A stretch of 64,000 nt of DNA from Podarcis vaucheri (Eukaryota), in assembly GCA_965113315.1 (NCBI GenBank), contig OZ220370.1; one strand, given 5' to 3'. How positions within the stretch are numbered: the first letter of the stretch is position 1; every line of letters starts with the position of its first letter. Of the stretch, positions 1-41,763 are shown in pieces. A program made the position numbers and the translations under genes. The notes beneath the pieces were generated by a model. It did not search any database and was not told where the DNA came from. It saw only the letters and a program-made list of their open reading frames with translations.

Positions 1-249
1 GGTCACGTGGCCAGCGTGACAACGCTGCTCTGGCGAGCCAGAGCCGCACACGGAACGCCGTTTACCTTCCCGCTGGTAAGCGGTACCTATTTATCTACTT
101 GCCCCCGGGGGTGCTTTCGAACTGCTAGGTGGGCAGGCGCTGGGACCGAGCAGCAGGAGCACACCCCGCCGCGGGGATTCGAACCGCCGACCTTTCGATC
201 GGCAAGCCCTAGGCGCTGAGGCTTTAGCCCACAGCGCCACCCGCGTCCC
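1..249 (-). mobile_element. Sauria SINE (tRNA-derived, Bov-B-dependent), 3' part cut by window edge
   Basis: Minus strand starts GGGACGCGGGTGGCGCTGTGGGCTAAAG, has B box GGTTCGAATCC; nearly identical to 943-1191. Confidence 0.9.
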
Positions 250-827
250 TAAATTAAACATATTTCCATTTAAAAATTTAAAGGAGACTATAAACCTTTT
301 ATAAAGCAGACTGAAGATAAGGAAAGACAAAGGAACGGAGCATGGTTGCATGCAGCTGTGTGTGCACATACAGAGCAGCTCAAGATGGAACATTTTAATA
401 CTTCTCTTTGCAAAAGGCAGTTAGCTTCAGAGCTAAGCCCCTATTAGCAGAGATGTGGCAGATCTAGATTTGCTTCCCAGCAGCCCCCATTCAAAATGCT
501 CATTTGGCACACTCCTTTGCAGTGACTGTGTATGTCATCTGTTTTGAGGCAGGTGGTAAAATAATACTGTGGAAGTGGGTAGGAGTGGTTTGGCCCTTCA
601 TCTTTCCCTGAATGGCTCAGTCCAAAAACAGGATGGTCAAGTCTCCTGTAAAATACCCTCTGTGCCTATGAAGTACCTCCCACAGATTCAGGAAAAATGA
701 CAGTCCAATTCCTCCCCATGTTATAGGGAAAACAGAAATAAATCAATGCATTGGTTCCTGGAAGATAAAAACTAAAACATTTGTTTCCTGGATTCCCCCC
801 ACTGCCTGCCAAACAAACAAAACATTA

Positions 828-1191
828 AAGGTAAAGGTAAAGGTACCCCTGCCCGAACGGGCCAGTCTTGACAGACTCTGGGGTTTGTGCGCCCATCTCA
901 CATCTATTGGCCGGGGGCCAGCGCTGTCCGCAGACACTTCCGGGTCACGTGGCCAGCGTGACAACGCTGCTCTGGCGAGCCAGAGCCGCACACGGAACGC
1001 CGTTTACCTTCCCGCTGGTAAGCGGTACCTATTTATCTACTTGCCCCCGGGGGTGCTTTCGAACTGCTAGGTTGGCAGGCGCTGGGACCGAGCAGCGGGA
1101 GCGCACCCCGCCGCGGGGATTCGAACCGCCGACCTTTCGATCGGCAAGCCCTAGGCGCTGAGGCTTTAGCCCACAGCGCCACCCGCGTCCC
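828..1191 (-). mobile_element. Full-length Sauria SINE with 13-bp TSD
   Basis: tRNA head with A/B boxes, (ACCTTT)n tail, TSD aaacaaaacatta at 815-827 and 1194-1206. Confidence 0.93.
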
Positions 1192-2978
1192 CTAAACAAA
1201 ACATTAGCAGGAGATAAATGTTGGTGCCTCACCAAACACTGTTACTGGATAACCCTCACACGTTTTAACAAATCTTCCTCAAGTCTCAGTGAAACAAATA
1301 AAATCGTCCACAGTAGCAATGTTTTGGTAGACTTCACCGAATCCACTTTATTTAACATGAAGCATCTACTATCTGCAGTACTTTTAGTTAATTCTGAAAG
1401 AGCACACACATGTTAATAACTTGGTAACTGTTAAGATCATCTGTAGTTTGTGTAAGGGTCATCACAGACAGTTCACCACTGAGCTTCCACATCATCTCAC
1501 ATCGCCGAATGCACAGAATTCAGATTTAAAGAAATCAAGTGATATGCAGATATGCGTGAATCAGGGCTATGTTGCAACTTATTATTAAATAAGTTGAATG
1601 CTCTGAGACTCCTTAATGTCCTTCCTTGATTGATCTCCTACCCAATCTTCTGGTGTTGACAACATTAATTTAATGAGGTGGCAAATTTTAGAATAAGTTG
1701 CAGGAACTAACACCTAACTCTATAACCATTTCAGAGCATTTTTTTCATTCCAGGTGGACCACTTGCTGGCTTATTTACCACCAATTTCTCTAGCACATTA
1801 ACACTTGCTAAATCTGCTGTCTATCCTGTCCATATTTTCTAATCCGATGAGTAGTCATGGATAATGTTCACTCTCCACCCGTACATTCATAAAAATTAGG
1901 AAATCATAATGTGATTACACACATCCTTGGGATCAATTCTATTCCATTTACAAGGTATTTAATGGATGGTAAAGTATTTTTCTGTGCGCATGTTTTCTTT
2001 CCCACCCAATGCAGATACTGTTTTTTGGTGACAATCCCATTTTGTTGCTATTTAGAAAAAGCAGCAATAAAAGGAACCATTACTGCAAAACACATTTCTG
2101 CATAAATTTGCAAACGCACCATACACTTGCACAATTTACGAAGCGATCTATCATCTCCCTGTGTAATTTGCATTTATTAAAGCCAATTCCTTCCACTATC
2201 GTGGCTCTCCTCTCTTGCCCATGTGCAATTCTATTTTCAATCTCTTGCTTTAAACTGTGCCTCCACCACCCCACTTCATACTTCACTTATATATGATTAG
2301 CCTTTTTCATCAAACCAAGAATACTTTCCTCAACGTCTGACTGCAATATTCAGCATACTTGGAATAATTCATTCAGAACTCAGCGCAGCTTACTTCAAAA
2401 TAAATATTTTCTTAAAAAAGATTAGAGGCATTCAGACCTACTAGAAATAAAATATCTATCACATGCACACGGACACCCACACATGTAGGCGCATATACAC
2501 ACAAATGGAAGCTCTGCTGCCCCGCAGCTATGTAGGCCTTGTGAGTAATTGTCATTAATGCAATACAACTGAGGAAGACCCCAATGATCCATTTATAGGG
2601 CTGGGATACAAATAGGTTAATAAAGAATTCTATTTTAAAACCACATTTTCTCCTGTAATTCTGAACTGAAGGGAAACTAGAGAAATTAAGTCCAATTAAA
2701 CCCACTATTTCTAGTAATATAACTGACAAGAGCGGAAGAGAAAATGAGCCTCCAATAATAGCGAACTAAAATGAAGTCATAAACCTTTCCCAAATCTGTA
2801 ACTTAGACCAAGAATGGGAATGTCCAGCGTGAAGCCAAATCAGTTCTGCCAGGGGCTTTAATTGGACCTACAGGGTTGCCCCCCCCTGCCTCCAGCCATG
2901 CCCATCTTCCCCACATCTGAAGTCAGTTATGAGACACGTATAGCTGCAGCTGCAAAAGAATGACCAGGAGCATTAGAA

Positions 2979-3210
2979 CAGGGGTAGGCAACCTAAGGCC
3001 CATGGACCACAAGCGGCCCATGGGGGTTGTTTAACCGGCCCATGAGCTGCCCGCTCGGTGAGTCCTCGCGCACTGCGCTAAACTGGCACAACGCGGCATG
3101 AGGACTCGCTTCTGCGGCGCCGGAAATCGCGTCTGCGCAGACGATGGAAATCACAGGTGTGCGCGCTCGTGCGCAATCCGGCTCATGGAGGTAAACCTTG
3201 CCAACCCCTC
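2979..3210. mobile_element. Non-autonomous hAT DNA transposon (MITE)
   Basis: Termini caggggtaggcaa...ttgccaacccctc; perfect 8-bp TSD cattagaa at 2971-2978 and 3211-3218. Confidence 0.85.
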
Positions 3211-4224
3211 CATTAGAATGTGCTCCCCATTGGGTACCATTCAGCATTTTCTAATATGGAGCCCAATGCAGGCTCTGCTTGGATCCGCTTTACCCGTGAG
3301 TTCCCACTTGGGTTTGCATTGGGTGATGAATTTCAATTCAATGCTGAATGCAAGGCCCAACTGGGCCTTTGCAGACATGGGTTGGTTGAACTGGCACTCA
3401 GGCAAGCTGCAAAAGAAAAGGGGGAGCTTCCCACCATGTCATGACAACAAAGGAGGAAAAGAAACAATGGGGAGATCAACCTTTTAAGTTACATGATGTC
3501 ATGGTGACACCAACTGAATGGCAGGGTGGCAACATTCAGGATCTGTCCACAAGCTTCACCGCCCCCACTACCCTCTGACATAGACCTACTGATTGGCACA
3601 CTAATTCCCACTTCCGAAAGTCATTCCATTATCATATTTTATCTGTTGCATTCACCAACAATATGTCAGAATTCTGGGCTAATTCAAGGAGGCCTGCCAA
3701 AATTTTCAATTTCTCACTTTCATGGGATCCTCCCTTTGGAGGTCTCTAAACAGGCTTTACACCCAAGTTTTAGCTCCCGCGATACCATGCACCTGTGTTT
3801 TTATAATACAATTCACATTCATTCCAATGGGGCTTATGTAAGAGATGTGGCCTAATCTTCACATCACTGTAACCACAGCTCAGTACCTCATCTGCTCAGA
3901 GATGCATGCTTCCCTACTCAATGAAATGACGGAGAGATCTTGGTGCTTGCAAAAGTTTCTGTGCAGAAATGCTTCCTTCACTGTAGTAAATAAGGGGAAG
4001 ACCTTGTCATGATGTGACCCCTCTGTCTATTGATTGGTGTCTTCACTTCAACAAGGGCATTTGCTGGATCAAAAGACAAGGAAGTATTAAAATATTTTTG
4101 TTAGCCTTCTGAATGAAATGTTAAGGCTTTTCTGTTAGCGTTTCCTGATTTTTTAAAAAAATTCCAATTCATGCTCTTCAAGTGGAAAGAAGTTCAATCC
4201 AGTCACAAGATCCAAAATTAGCAT

Positions 4225-4230
4225 TTTATT
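4225..4230 (-). terminator. Likely distal polyadenylation signal (AATAAA) of CDH2
   Basis: Minus strand ...ctgAATAAAatgctaattttggatcttgtg..., with U/GU-rich sequence downstream. Confidence 0.6.
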
Positions 4231-4553
4231 CAGAACATTGGGGTCAGGGGTGTATCATTTATATTCTGGTACATAATACAGAGGCAAAGCTGTTGTCAGA
4301 CGTCTCTCTGGTTTAAAAGCTCTTTTTAACATACTGTGTAATTGCTTGAGCCATCAGTATCAGGCTATCCCTTGAGTTTTATCTCTCTGTCTTCATTTTG
4401 TTTGCTTGTTTTTGGTACAAATTATGTAAAACATTTGTGCTAAGAACTTTTCTCCCTCCCCAAACAAATAAAAACGAAAACAAAATAATTAAAAAAACCC
4501 AAACCTTGAGTACTCTAACTACAGCTCAACAATTGAATCAATGTCACTTGTTT

Positions 4554-4708
4554 NNNNNNNNNNNNNNNNNNNNNNNNNNNNNNNNNNNNNNNNNNNNNNN
4601 NNNNNNNNNNNNNNNNNNNNNNNNNNNNNNNNNNNNNNNNNNNNNNNNNNNNNNNNNNNNNNNNNNNNNNNNNNNNNNNNNNNNNNNNNNNNNNNNNNNN
4701 NNNNNNNN
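4554..4708. other. Assembly gap (155 N) inside the CDH2 3' UTR
   Basis: Run of n. Confidence 0.99.
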
Positions 4709-5446
4709 CAGTGAAGTGGGAAAAAAAGTATTGTAAAATGCTTAAAAAAATGTGTATATGGATTAAGACCAAAATGTGTCTAACATTCTATCATAAGAAA
4801 AGAAAATCAGTTCTGCTACAAACTGGTGATATGAAAACTCCCTTTATTTGCAACCAGCTGCATAAGTTTTAGAATTTTAGTGAAAAACCCTATCATCTAA
4901 AACTAGAAGTATTGTACATTTTTTTTTTCATTTTCATGGCCTTCTCCCCCCCTCCCCCAAATAACAAAATTTCCCCATGAGGTTTTTTTTTTTCTTTTTC
5001 CAATTTCCTTATTTTAATAAAAGCAATGCAATGTAACAAAAGCATGTTGAAGCATATTGGTGATTGAACTTTCTCCCCACCCCAATGTGGTTTGTCTCAT
5101 CTTTTCATAAATCAGTACCATTTAAAGCCTTAAACATAAAACTAATTCCAATCTGAAAAAGGTACAAAAAGGCACATAAAATCCCAGTGCTTCTGTACTG
5201 TAAAATTCAAGTGTAACTGAGCTCAATTGTTTGTTTTCCATTTTTTTTCCAAACAGCATTGGATGACTGATATTCCCAGTGAGCCCAAATAGGTTTGCAG
5301 CCTATGCCAAAGCCTTCAGCAAGCACTTGTGCTAGTAGACTACAAAGTTAAAGCCTAGCTTCTGTACGCTTGTTGGGAATACCAGTGGAAAGGTTTGTAC
5401 TTGTCCAAACGCAACATCCAGCCATCGCCTCCTCCGCTCGTCGTGT

Positions 5447-35360
<29,914 letters not shown>

Positions 35361-37298
35361 CTGCAAAAACATGAAACACAATACCAAGGGTCAAACTGGT
35401 GCAAACAACACACATCCCAGTTTAAAAGTGGTGTAAAAAAACACATCACAGTTTAACCTGGATTATTTGCTGCAATTTGTCCAAAACCAACATTATCCCG
35501 TATTTAAATTCTGTTTCCAAGGACAAAATAAAAACTTCCCACCTTTTGGTATTATAAAACAAGCACCACGCTGTTAATTTACCATCATAAATAAGTGAGT
35601 AAGAAAGGAACTAAAAAATGAACTTCAATTTCCCATTAATGCATTATCTATGAGCCACAATCTCCTAGAAAAGTGTCAAATGCAAGACTTGTTGAATTAA
35701 TGAGAACTTTTGGTTGGACTTCGTTGGCAAAGTCCCAAATTGTAGTTGCCAATCCCAACCCCAACATTTCCAGCTTCCTCCCTCCTTTTCTGTTCCAAAG
35801 CATGAAAAGGGCTAGAAAAAAAGAGACATTGCACATACTTTTGTAAACCAATAAATCTTTAATAAAAAAAAGTTTTGTTTTTTAAAAAGAAAAGGGCAGC
35901 AGGTTCTTTAAAACTGGTTTTGCACCAGCAAAACAATTCCCATCTTCCCTTTCAATTCAAAGCTGGGAAGTTGTGTCCTTTAAATATACTGATGCCAGAA
36001 TAAATGCTGAACAACTCTCTCTAATAATGAAATCAAACAAGGAGGATGAGTGAGTGCTTACTCCTACACAACTTCAGGATGGACATCTATCGTAAAACAT
36101 CTCCACTGCAAATTACATGAGTGGCTTTGTAAGCAACCACTGAAAAACTCATACAACAAATTTAAGCAAAAGTACAGAAAAAAATATTGGCAACTACAGA
36201 GGTTACGGCCTTTAAAACATCCATCTCAAAGAGAAATCTAATTCACTGTCAAGTGCCCATCATTTTGCTGTGTGTTTAGGAAGGGAAATATTCTAACTGG
36301 ATGGTTCTAATGTCACAGACGGGATCTTCTAAGAAATGGGTTTGCGGTTGGGTTTTTTGTTTTTTGTTTTAGTCCATATATCAATATAGCTGAATAAATA
36401 AAAAATGAAGCTGGTACCTTCCTCATTGATATTCTTCCTTCAGGCAACTGAATGCTATGAAATTCAATGAAAATGGTTCTCTTTTGACAGTCCCTTGTGA
36501 AAATGTATAAAATTGTCGGTTCCCTGGCAGAATAATTCTCTTCTGCAAAGAGTACACATTAACAAATTATACTGATATATAATTAAATTATATATTGTGT
36601 TGTGTACAGTTTTTGCTCCCCTGTATGCCTTGAAAGCATGATTCAAATCAGTAACCTTAATATGTTTCAGCATTCAGCAAGAAAGAATAATTATCATTTT
36701 TCAATTAGTATTAGTGGTCAGATAAGAACATTTTCCTCTGCAGAAATAGACTTTATTAATGCTGATGTTTTCCTGAACTAAATTGAAAGGGGTGTGCATG
36801 TTAGTCACAACACTATAACATATAGCAACTATCTTAAAATAAATGGTTTTGCATATATGCCTCCAAAATATTTCTTTACTTGGTGTGCTGTGATCACTGA
36901 AGCACAAAAATCACCAAGGTGATGTTACTGATCGTTATATACAGTACCCAAATAAATTACCAGCTACAAACTGATTCAAGATACTATTTTAAACATTGTT
37001 TTTAAATGCTTTGCCATAACTTCCCTGACAAGGGCTCCTCTCTAAATATAATACCTCAAAGAACTGTGGTTCATTCAGCAGCTCAAGCTTTGATATGATT
37101 ACTTATTAATCACCATAATAGCATTTGTTCAATGGGTTTCATCTACAGTACATTATATTAGTAATAATTACAATAGCCCTGTAAAGCAATCCAAGAGGAG
37201 GGATGTCATGGGCTGTAAAGAACTGTAGCCTGAACTTGTGGTTTAGGAGAAATTTGGCTCTGCCATAACTCTATTAGGCAGTCAATGATTTAAGAATA

Positions 37299-37513
37299 CA
37301 GTGGTACCTCGGGTTAAGAACTTAATTCGTTCTTGAGGTCTGTTCTTAACCTGAAACTGTTCTTAACCTGAAGCACCACTTTAGCTAATGGGGTCTCCTG
37401 CTGCTGCTGCGCCGCCGGAGCACGATTTCTGTTCTCATCCTGAAGCAAAGTTCTTAACTCGAGGTAATAGCAGAGTATGTAACCTGAAGTGTATGTAACC
37501 CGAGGTACCCCTG
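37299..37513. mobile_element. Tc1/mariner (pogo/Tigger-like) MITE
   Basis: TA|cagtggtacctcgggtta...taacccgaggtacccctg|TA. Confidence 0.85.
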
Positions 37514-40500
37514 TAATAGGAATAGCCAAGATGAATGGCAAAGAATGAAAAATAACATAAAATAAAAATACCTTATTATTCAGAATCACAACATTTTAAC
37601 TGGGGACCTGTAATAAAATGATGCAGTGCATTACCAGAACCTAACAAGAGTTCTGTTTGAAGGATTGCACTAGATACACCCCCCCCCCGTTGTGCTATAC
37701 TGTACAAGTATAAAAGACCCTGCCCTAAACCTGAGCACTACTGGGTTGAGGGATGGAAGTATAGCATGGGGTACAGAGGTTTTCCTTTTCTTTTTAACTT
37801 CAGAATGCACATCCTCCTCACCTGAACCCTTACCTGTAGCATCCAATACACTGACAGGGCCTCAAAAAGGTCTCCTCACTTCCTTCCAACTCAAAGTTGG
37901 AGAACCTGTGGCACTTCATCTATTGCTGAACTACTCCATCTCCCATTATTGCTGGCTGTACATGGTCTATGGTGGCAAGGGCTGATGGGACTGGATGTCC
38001 AACAACACCTGAAGATTCGCAGATTAGCCACTTCTATTTAAAGTGATACTTTTATCCTGCATAGCTCAATAGTCTTCAGCCACAGACTAAATTTACTAAC
38101 TCACACAATATGTCTGGGTTTTTTTGTTTTTTGTTTCTTTAGTCTCACTCTAACCTCCAATAAAACAGTGGGCTAAGTGTCAGGGCTATTCCCTCCTATA
38201 ACCGAAAAATGGAGATAATGGGTTGCAGTGCCATTCACAATGTGTTTCTTAAACTAAAACCAGACAACATCCACCCTATTTTTTCACATGAAATAAGCCC
38301 AGAGTTAGAAGAAAAAAATGCCAACTCTTGTTTGTGGATGGGGCACACCGATGTCCCATCACAGCTATTGTTTTATGTGAGAACTCTCACTTCTTCCTTG
38401 GGAGAAAATAGCATTCACTATGAACTCTGAAGCTTCCTCTCCAGACAATAAGTAAGTTCCCTAGGAATTTTCTCATCTTTGGGTCCTCAACATACCATAG
38501 GTTCCAGAAGTTCACAAAGTCATCCCCCCCCCTTTTTAATTTACAAGCAGATATACTTCTGCATACCTAGGGAATCCCCCGAATATGAAATCAGCATATT
38601 ATTTTTGGGTGACCCTGTTTCACTTCCACAATGAATTCTTTTCATTGTGGAATAATGATGTTTTAAAAGAAGATAGATGAAAAGCCAGCAATTTTTCTTA
38701 AGAGGCTTCAGGGAAGATTGCAGGGAAGTCAGAGTGGCCTCATTTTTTACTGGCCTTGCACGTATGCTCAGAAATATATTTAAGTTCAATGCCACTTACA
38801 GAGTGAGAATACCTGGGACTGCAGCCTAGGTGTGCTCACTTAATGGGGAACATCTATTATGTAGGCATAAGCATCCATAAAATAGGATAGTTCTTTTGAA
38901 AATGGTGATGGAGAGGTCTACGTTTCTTAATTCCATATCTCTGGGGTGTGTATGTATTTTCTACCTCTGCGCTTGCCCTGGTCACTCCAACTTTCAAGAG
39001 CTGGGTGTACAAATGAAGCCCATTTGAGTGACAGCAGATGTATTCTGTTCTGGTCATATGGATGATCCTAGTCACCACAGACAATTCTAAAAATCAAGTT
39101 TCTTTAAGTTAACCGTTCACAAAGTCAACCCACCATCCCCATAAATTTAAATGGTAGAATTTTATATTCCGGTGGAACTTTGCCACAAAATCTTTCTGTA
39201 CTCTACCTTGGCTCAACAGTAGTCAGCATCACTAGTACCCAACTAAATGAAAAAAAGGCCTCTCCCAAAAGGAAGGCCTTAAAAATACAAGGAAGGAATT
39301 GAACCTTTTAAGGCAACGGCTTCCGTCACATGAACTCCCTGGAGGAAGGATTTGGCTCAAACATAATAAGTAAATAAAAACAAGCCCTACCTAGTCACGC
39401 TGAGTAGTCAATGTTCATTCTTGTTCTTGATAGGCCATTAATACAACTGTTTCACTATGAGCATCACTAAATGTAGCTGTCAGCTTAGATAGAAGATGGC
39501 ATGTACCTAAAAGGCTGTGTTAATTGCTTCTCAGCAAATATTCAACAGAAATCAGTCCATGCTGTTTGGGTCATACAATATAAAAACAAAACTTTGTGGG
39601 TTGGATCTGCCCCATCTGATCTCTCACACTTATAACTCAAAGGGCATGTGTTCACATTATCTAATGACACTGACACAAAGTTACCCAACAGTGAAAAAAA
39701 ATCAAACTAATTTATTCAACAACACAAAGTAACTATGTTCCTGAGTCTTATGGCATTATACAGGGTTCTCTTGTGAAACCGTATGTACTGAGGTGTACAA
39801 TACAAAACCCAAAGTACTAAGCATGCAATCTCGTTTAGATTACACCAGAGAACTAAACCATTTACTCTCATATCTAATGATATGAATAATTCATAGCACT
39901 TGTAAAATTTGTCTCTAATCTCATGTACCTTGCTAGTATAATCTTCAATTAACCAGCTTCATTTATCAGGCAATTAAAGTGTATGTTCAGCAATAATAAT
40001 CACGCTGCATCTCAAGTGCATATATTACTCTTTTTTTTGTACAAGCCAAGCAATTTCTTTTCTTTGACCAAGAACCCCAATAGCACAACAAGAATACTTG
40101 TCTCATTTTGGAAGACTTCTGTTTAAGGGGAAGGTGGTGATGGGGAAACCTTTATGTGAGCTTCTCTGTACTGCAGTCAACAACAAACTAGGACAACATC
40201 AAATCTGGTGTTCTGTTTGCCAGGGGATCTACTGATGGACTTATATGGGTTTGTGCTACTGAAAATACCAAGGTACCACTGTCACTGAAATCTATTACGG
40301 ACTATAAAATTAGGTAGAGAACACTGGGAACATGATGGACACAAGACTGAGAATAATTCAGCAAAGTGCTATCCTAAATAAATCTCTCACCATGGAAACA
40401 GCAAGGCTAGTGCAATCCTAAATGTCAAAGATTTGGTGGTAATCTTTTATAATGAGATTATACTGCAGGGGAGATTTGTCCAGGCTGTCAAATGCAGGAT

Positions 40501-41099
40501 GCTACGGTAACAGCAGCGGCACAAGCATTGTTGCAGCTATGTATATTGGTGGTACTGTGATACCATAAGCAGTGGAGATCCAAACAGATAGAAGGGAGAC
40601 ACACAAAAATTTTAATGTAAGATTTCTGAACTAATACACTGCAAAGAAGTAATAGATGATAAAGGGAAATGATCTGCAGTCAATGACTCCATGGTGATGA
40701 TCAGGCAGCAGATGAGAGACGTTGAAGCAGCAGGATTTGGCAATGGACTGGATGCAACAGGAGAAGGAAAAGAAGGTGTTTAAGGACCAAGTATTATATT
40801 AAAAAGAGAGTTTGACACTGTGTGCTTCTTTTTAAACCGTAAACAGAAGCTGAGGAGGGGCATATCAAGATCAGAGAGATTTAACCCTTTCTTCTAGATT
40901 GACAGCCCCTCCCAAATTGCTGTTTGACACAGAAGGGAAGCAGTCACTGTCACAAGTTACAGCTGCCCTCCCATGCAAACAGGAATGTCAGGGAAGGGAC
41001 AATTTTAGTTAGGACGGTGCTGTGAAAACAAAAGGTTTCCCTTTCCCATGTGCTATTCTTCTGATTAGTCTTCCTGCCAGTTATGATTTTTTTCAAATC

Positions 41100-41118
41100 A
41101 ACCAACCAACCAGCCAAA

Positions 41119-41149
<31 letters not shown>

Positions 41150-41176
41150 ACAAACAAACAAACAAACAAACAAACA
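41100..41176. repeat. (AACC)n(AAGC)n(AAAC)n compound tetranucleotide repeat
   Basis: Direct read. Confidence 0.9.
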
Positions 41177-41719
41177 GATACAGTATAAATTATATGTTTA
41201 ATGTAATGCAGTTTGGTAGTATGGACGAAGGACAATTTTGGTTCAGAATGCATTTTTATAAGGACTGGTCTAATTCACTTCCCAGAACAATATTCAAACT
41301 GAGACAAAGGTCGCTTTTAAAATTTGCACTCCTCTAAATTCTGTGATGCTATTTTCCAAATAAAAAGTTGTGTACAAAATGGCAAATGTCCATAAAAATG
41401 CAATATTGCAAGACATTTTAAAAAATCAAAATGCATTATATTCACTGGATTCCCTATAGTTTAAAGTGTTTGTCCTGCACTGAAGGGGGTTGGACCAGAT
41501 GATCCTTTGAGTAAAGATTTGAGTAAAGATTGAGTAAAGTATGAAATGTATGGTATGGATGTGAGCATATATAACAACAAATGTACCGGTTATTTTGGCC
41601 TCCTAGCACTAATAACTGTTTGATGCAACTATTTCAAATGTGGTTCTGAGAATTTAGCCGATAAAGAAATATTTTTCTGAGAATACAGATTAAATAATTC
41701 CCCGCCCCCGGTAAATGGG

Positions 41720-41723
<4 letters not shown>

Positions 41724-41760
<37 letters not shown>
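41724..41760. repeat. (TA)n microsatellite
   Basis: Direct read. Confidence 0.95.

Positions 41761-41763
<3 letters not shown>

Larger units (their letters stand above)
4205..5446 (-). other. CDH2: CDH2 3' UTR (approximate 3' end)
   Basis: Follows the TGA; AU-rich. Minus-strand poly(A) signals: ATTAAA 5013-5018, AATAAA 4843-4848 and AATAAA 4225-4230. Resembles the mammalian CDH2 3' UTR as recalled (not aligned). Confidence 0.75.

Noticed and set aside
7-1235. ORFs of 61-97 aa with near-identical peptides (ASVTTLLWRARAAHGTPF...)
   Set aside because: They lie in or overlap the two Sauria SINE copies; the shared peptide reflects repeat identity, not a gene family.
2080-2286. Minus-strand 68-aa ORF (MKYEVGWWRHSLKQEIENRIAHG...) that reads protein-like
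   Set aside because: No recognisable domain or exon partners; length is within chance expectation. A tBLASTn search would be needed to revive it.
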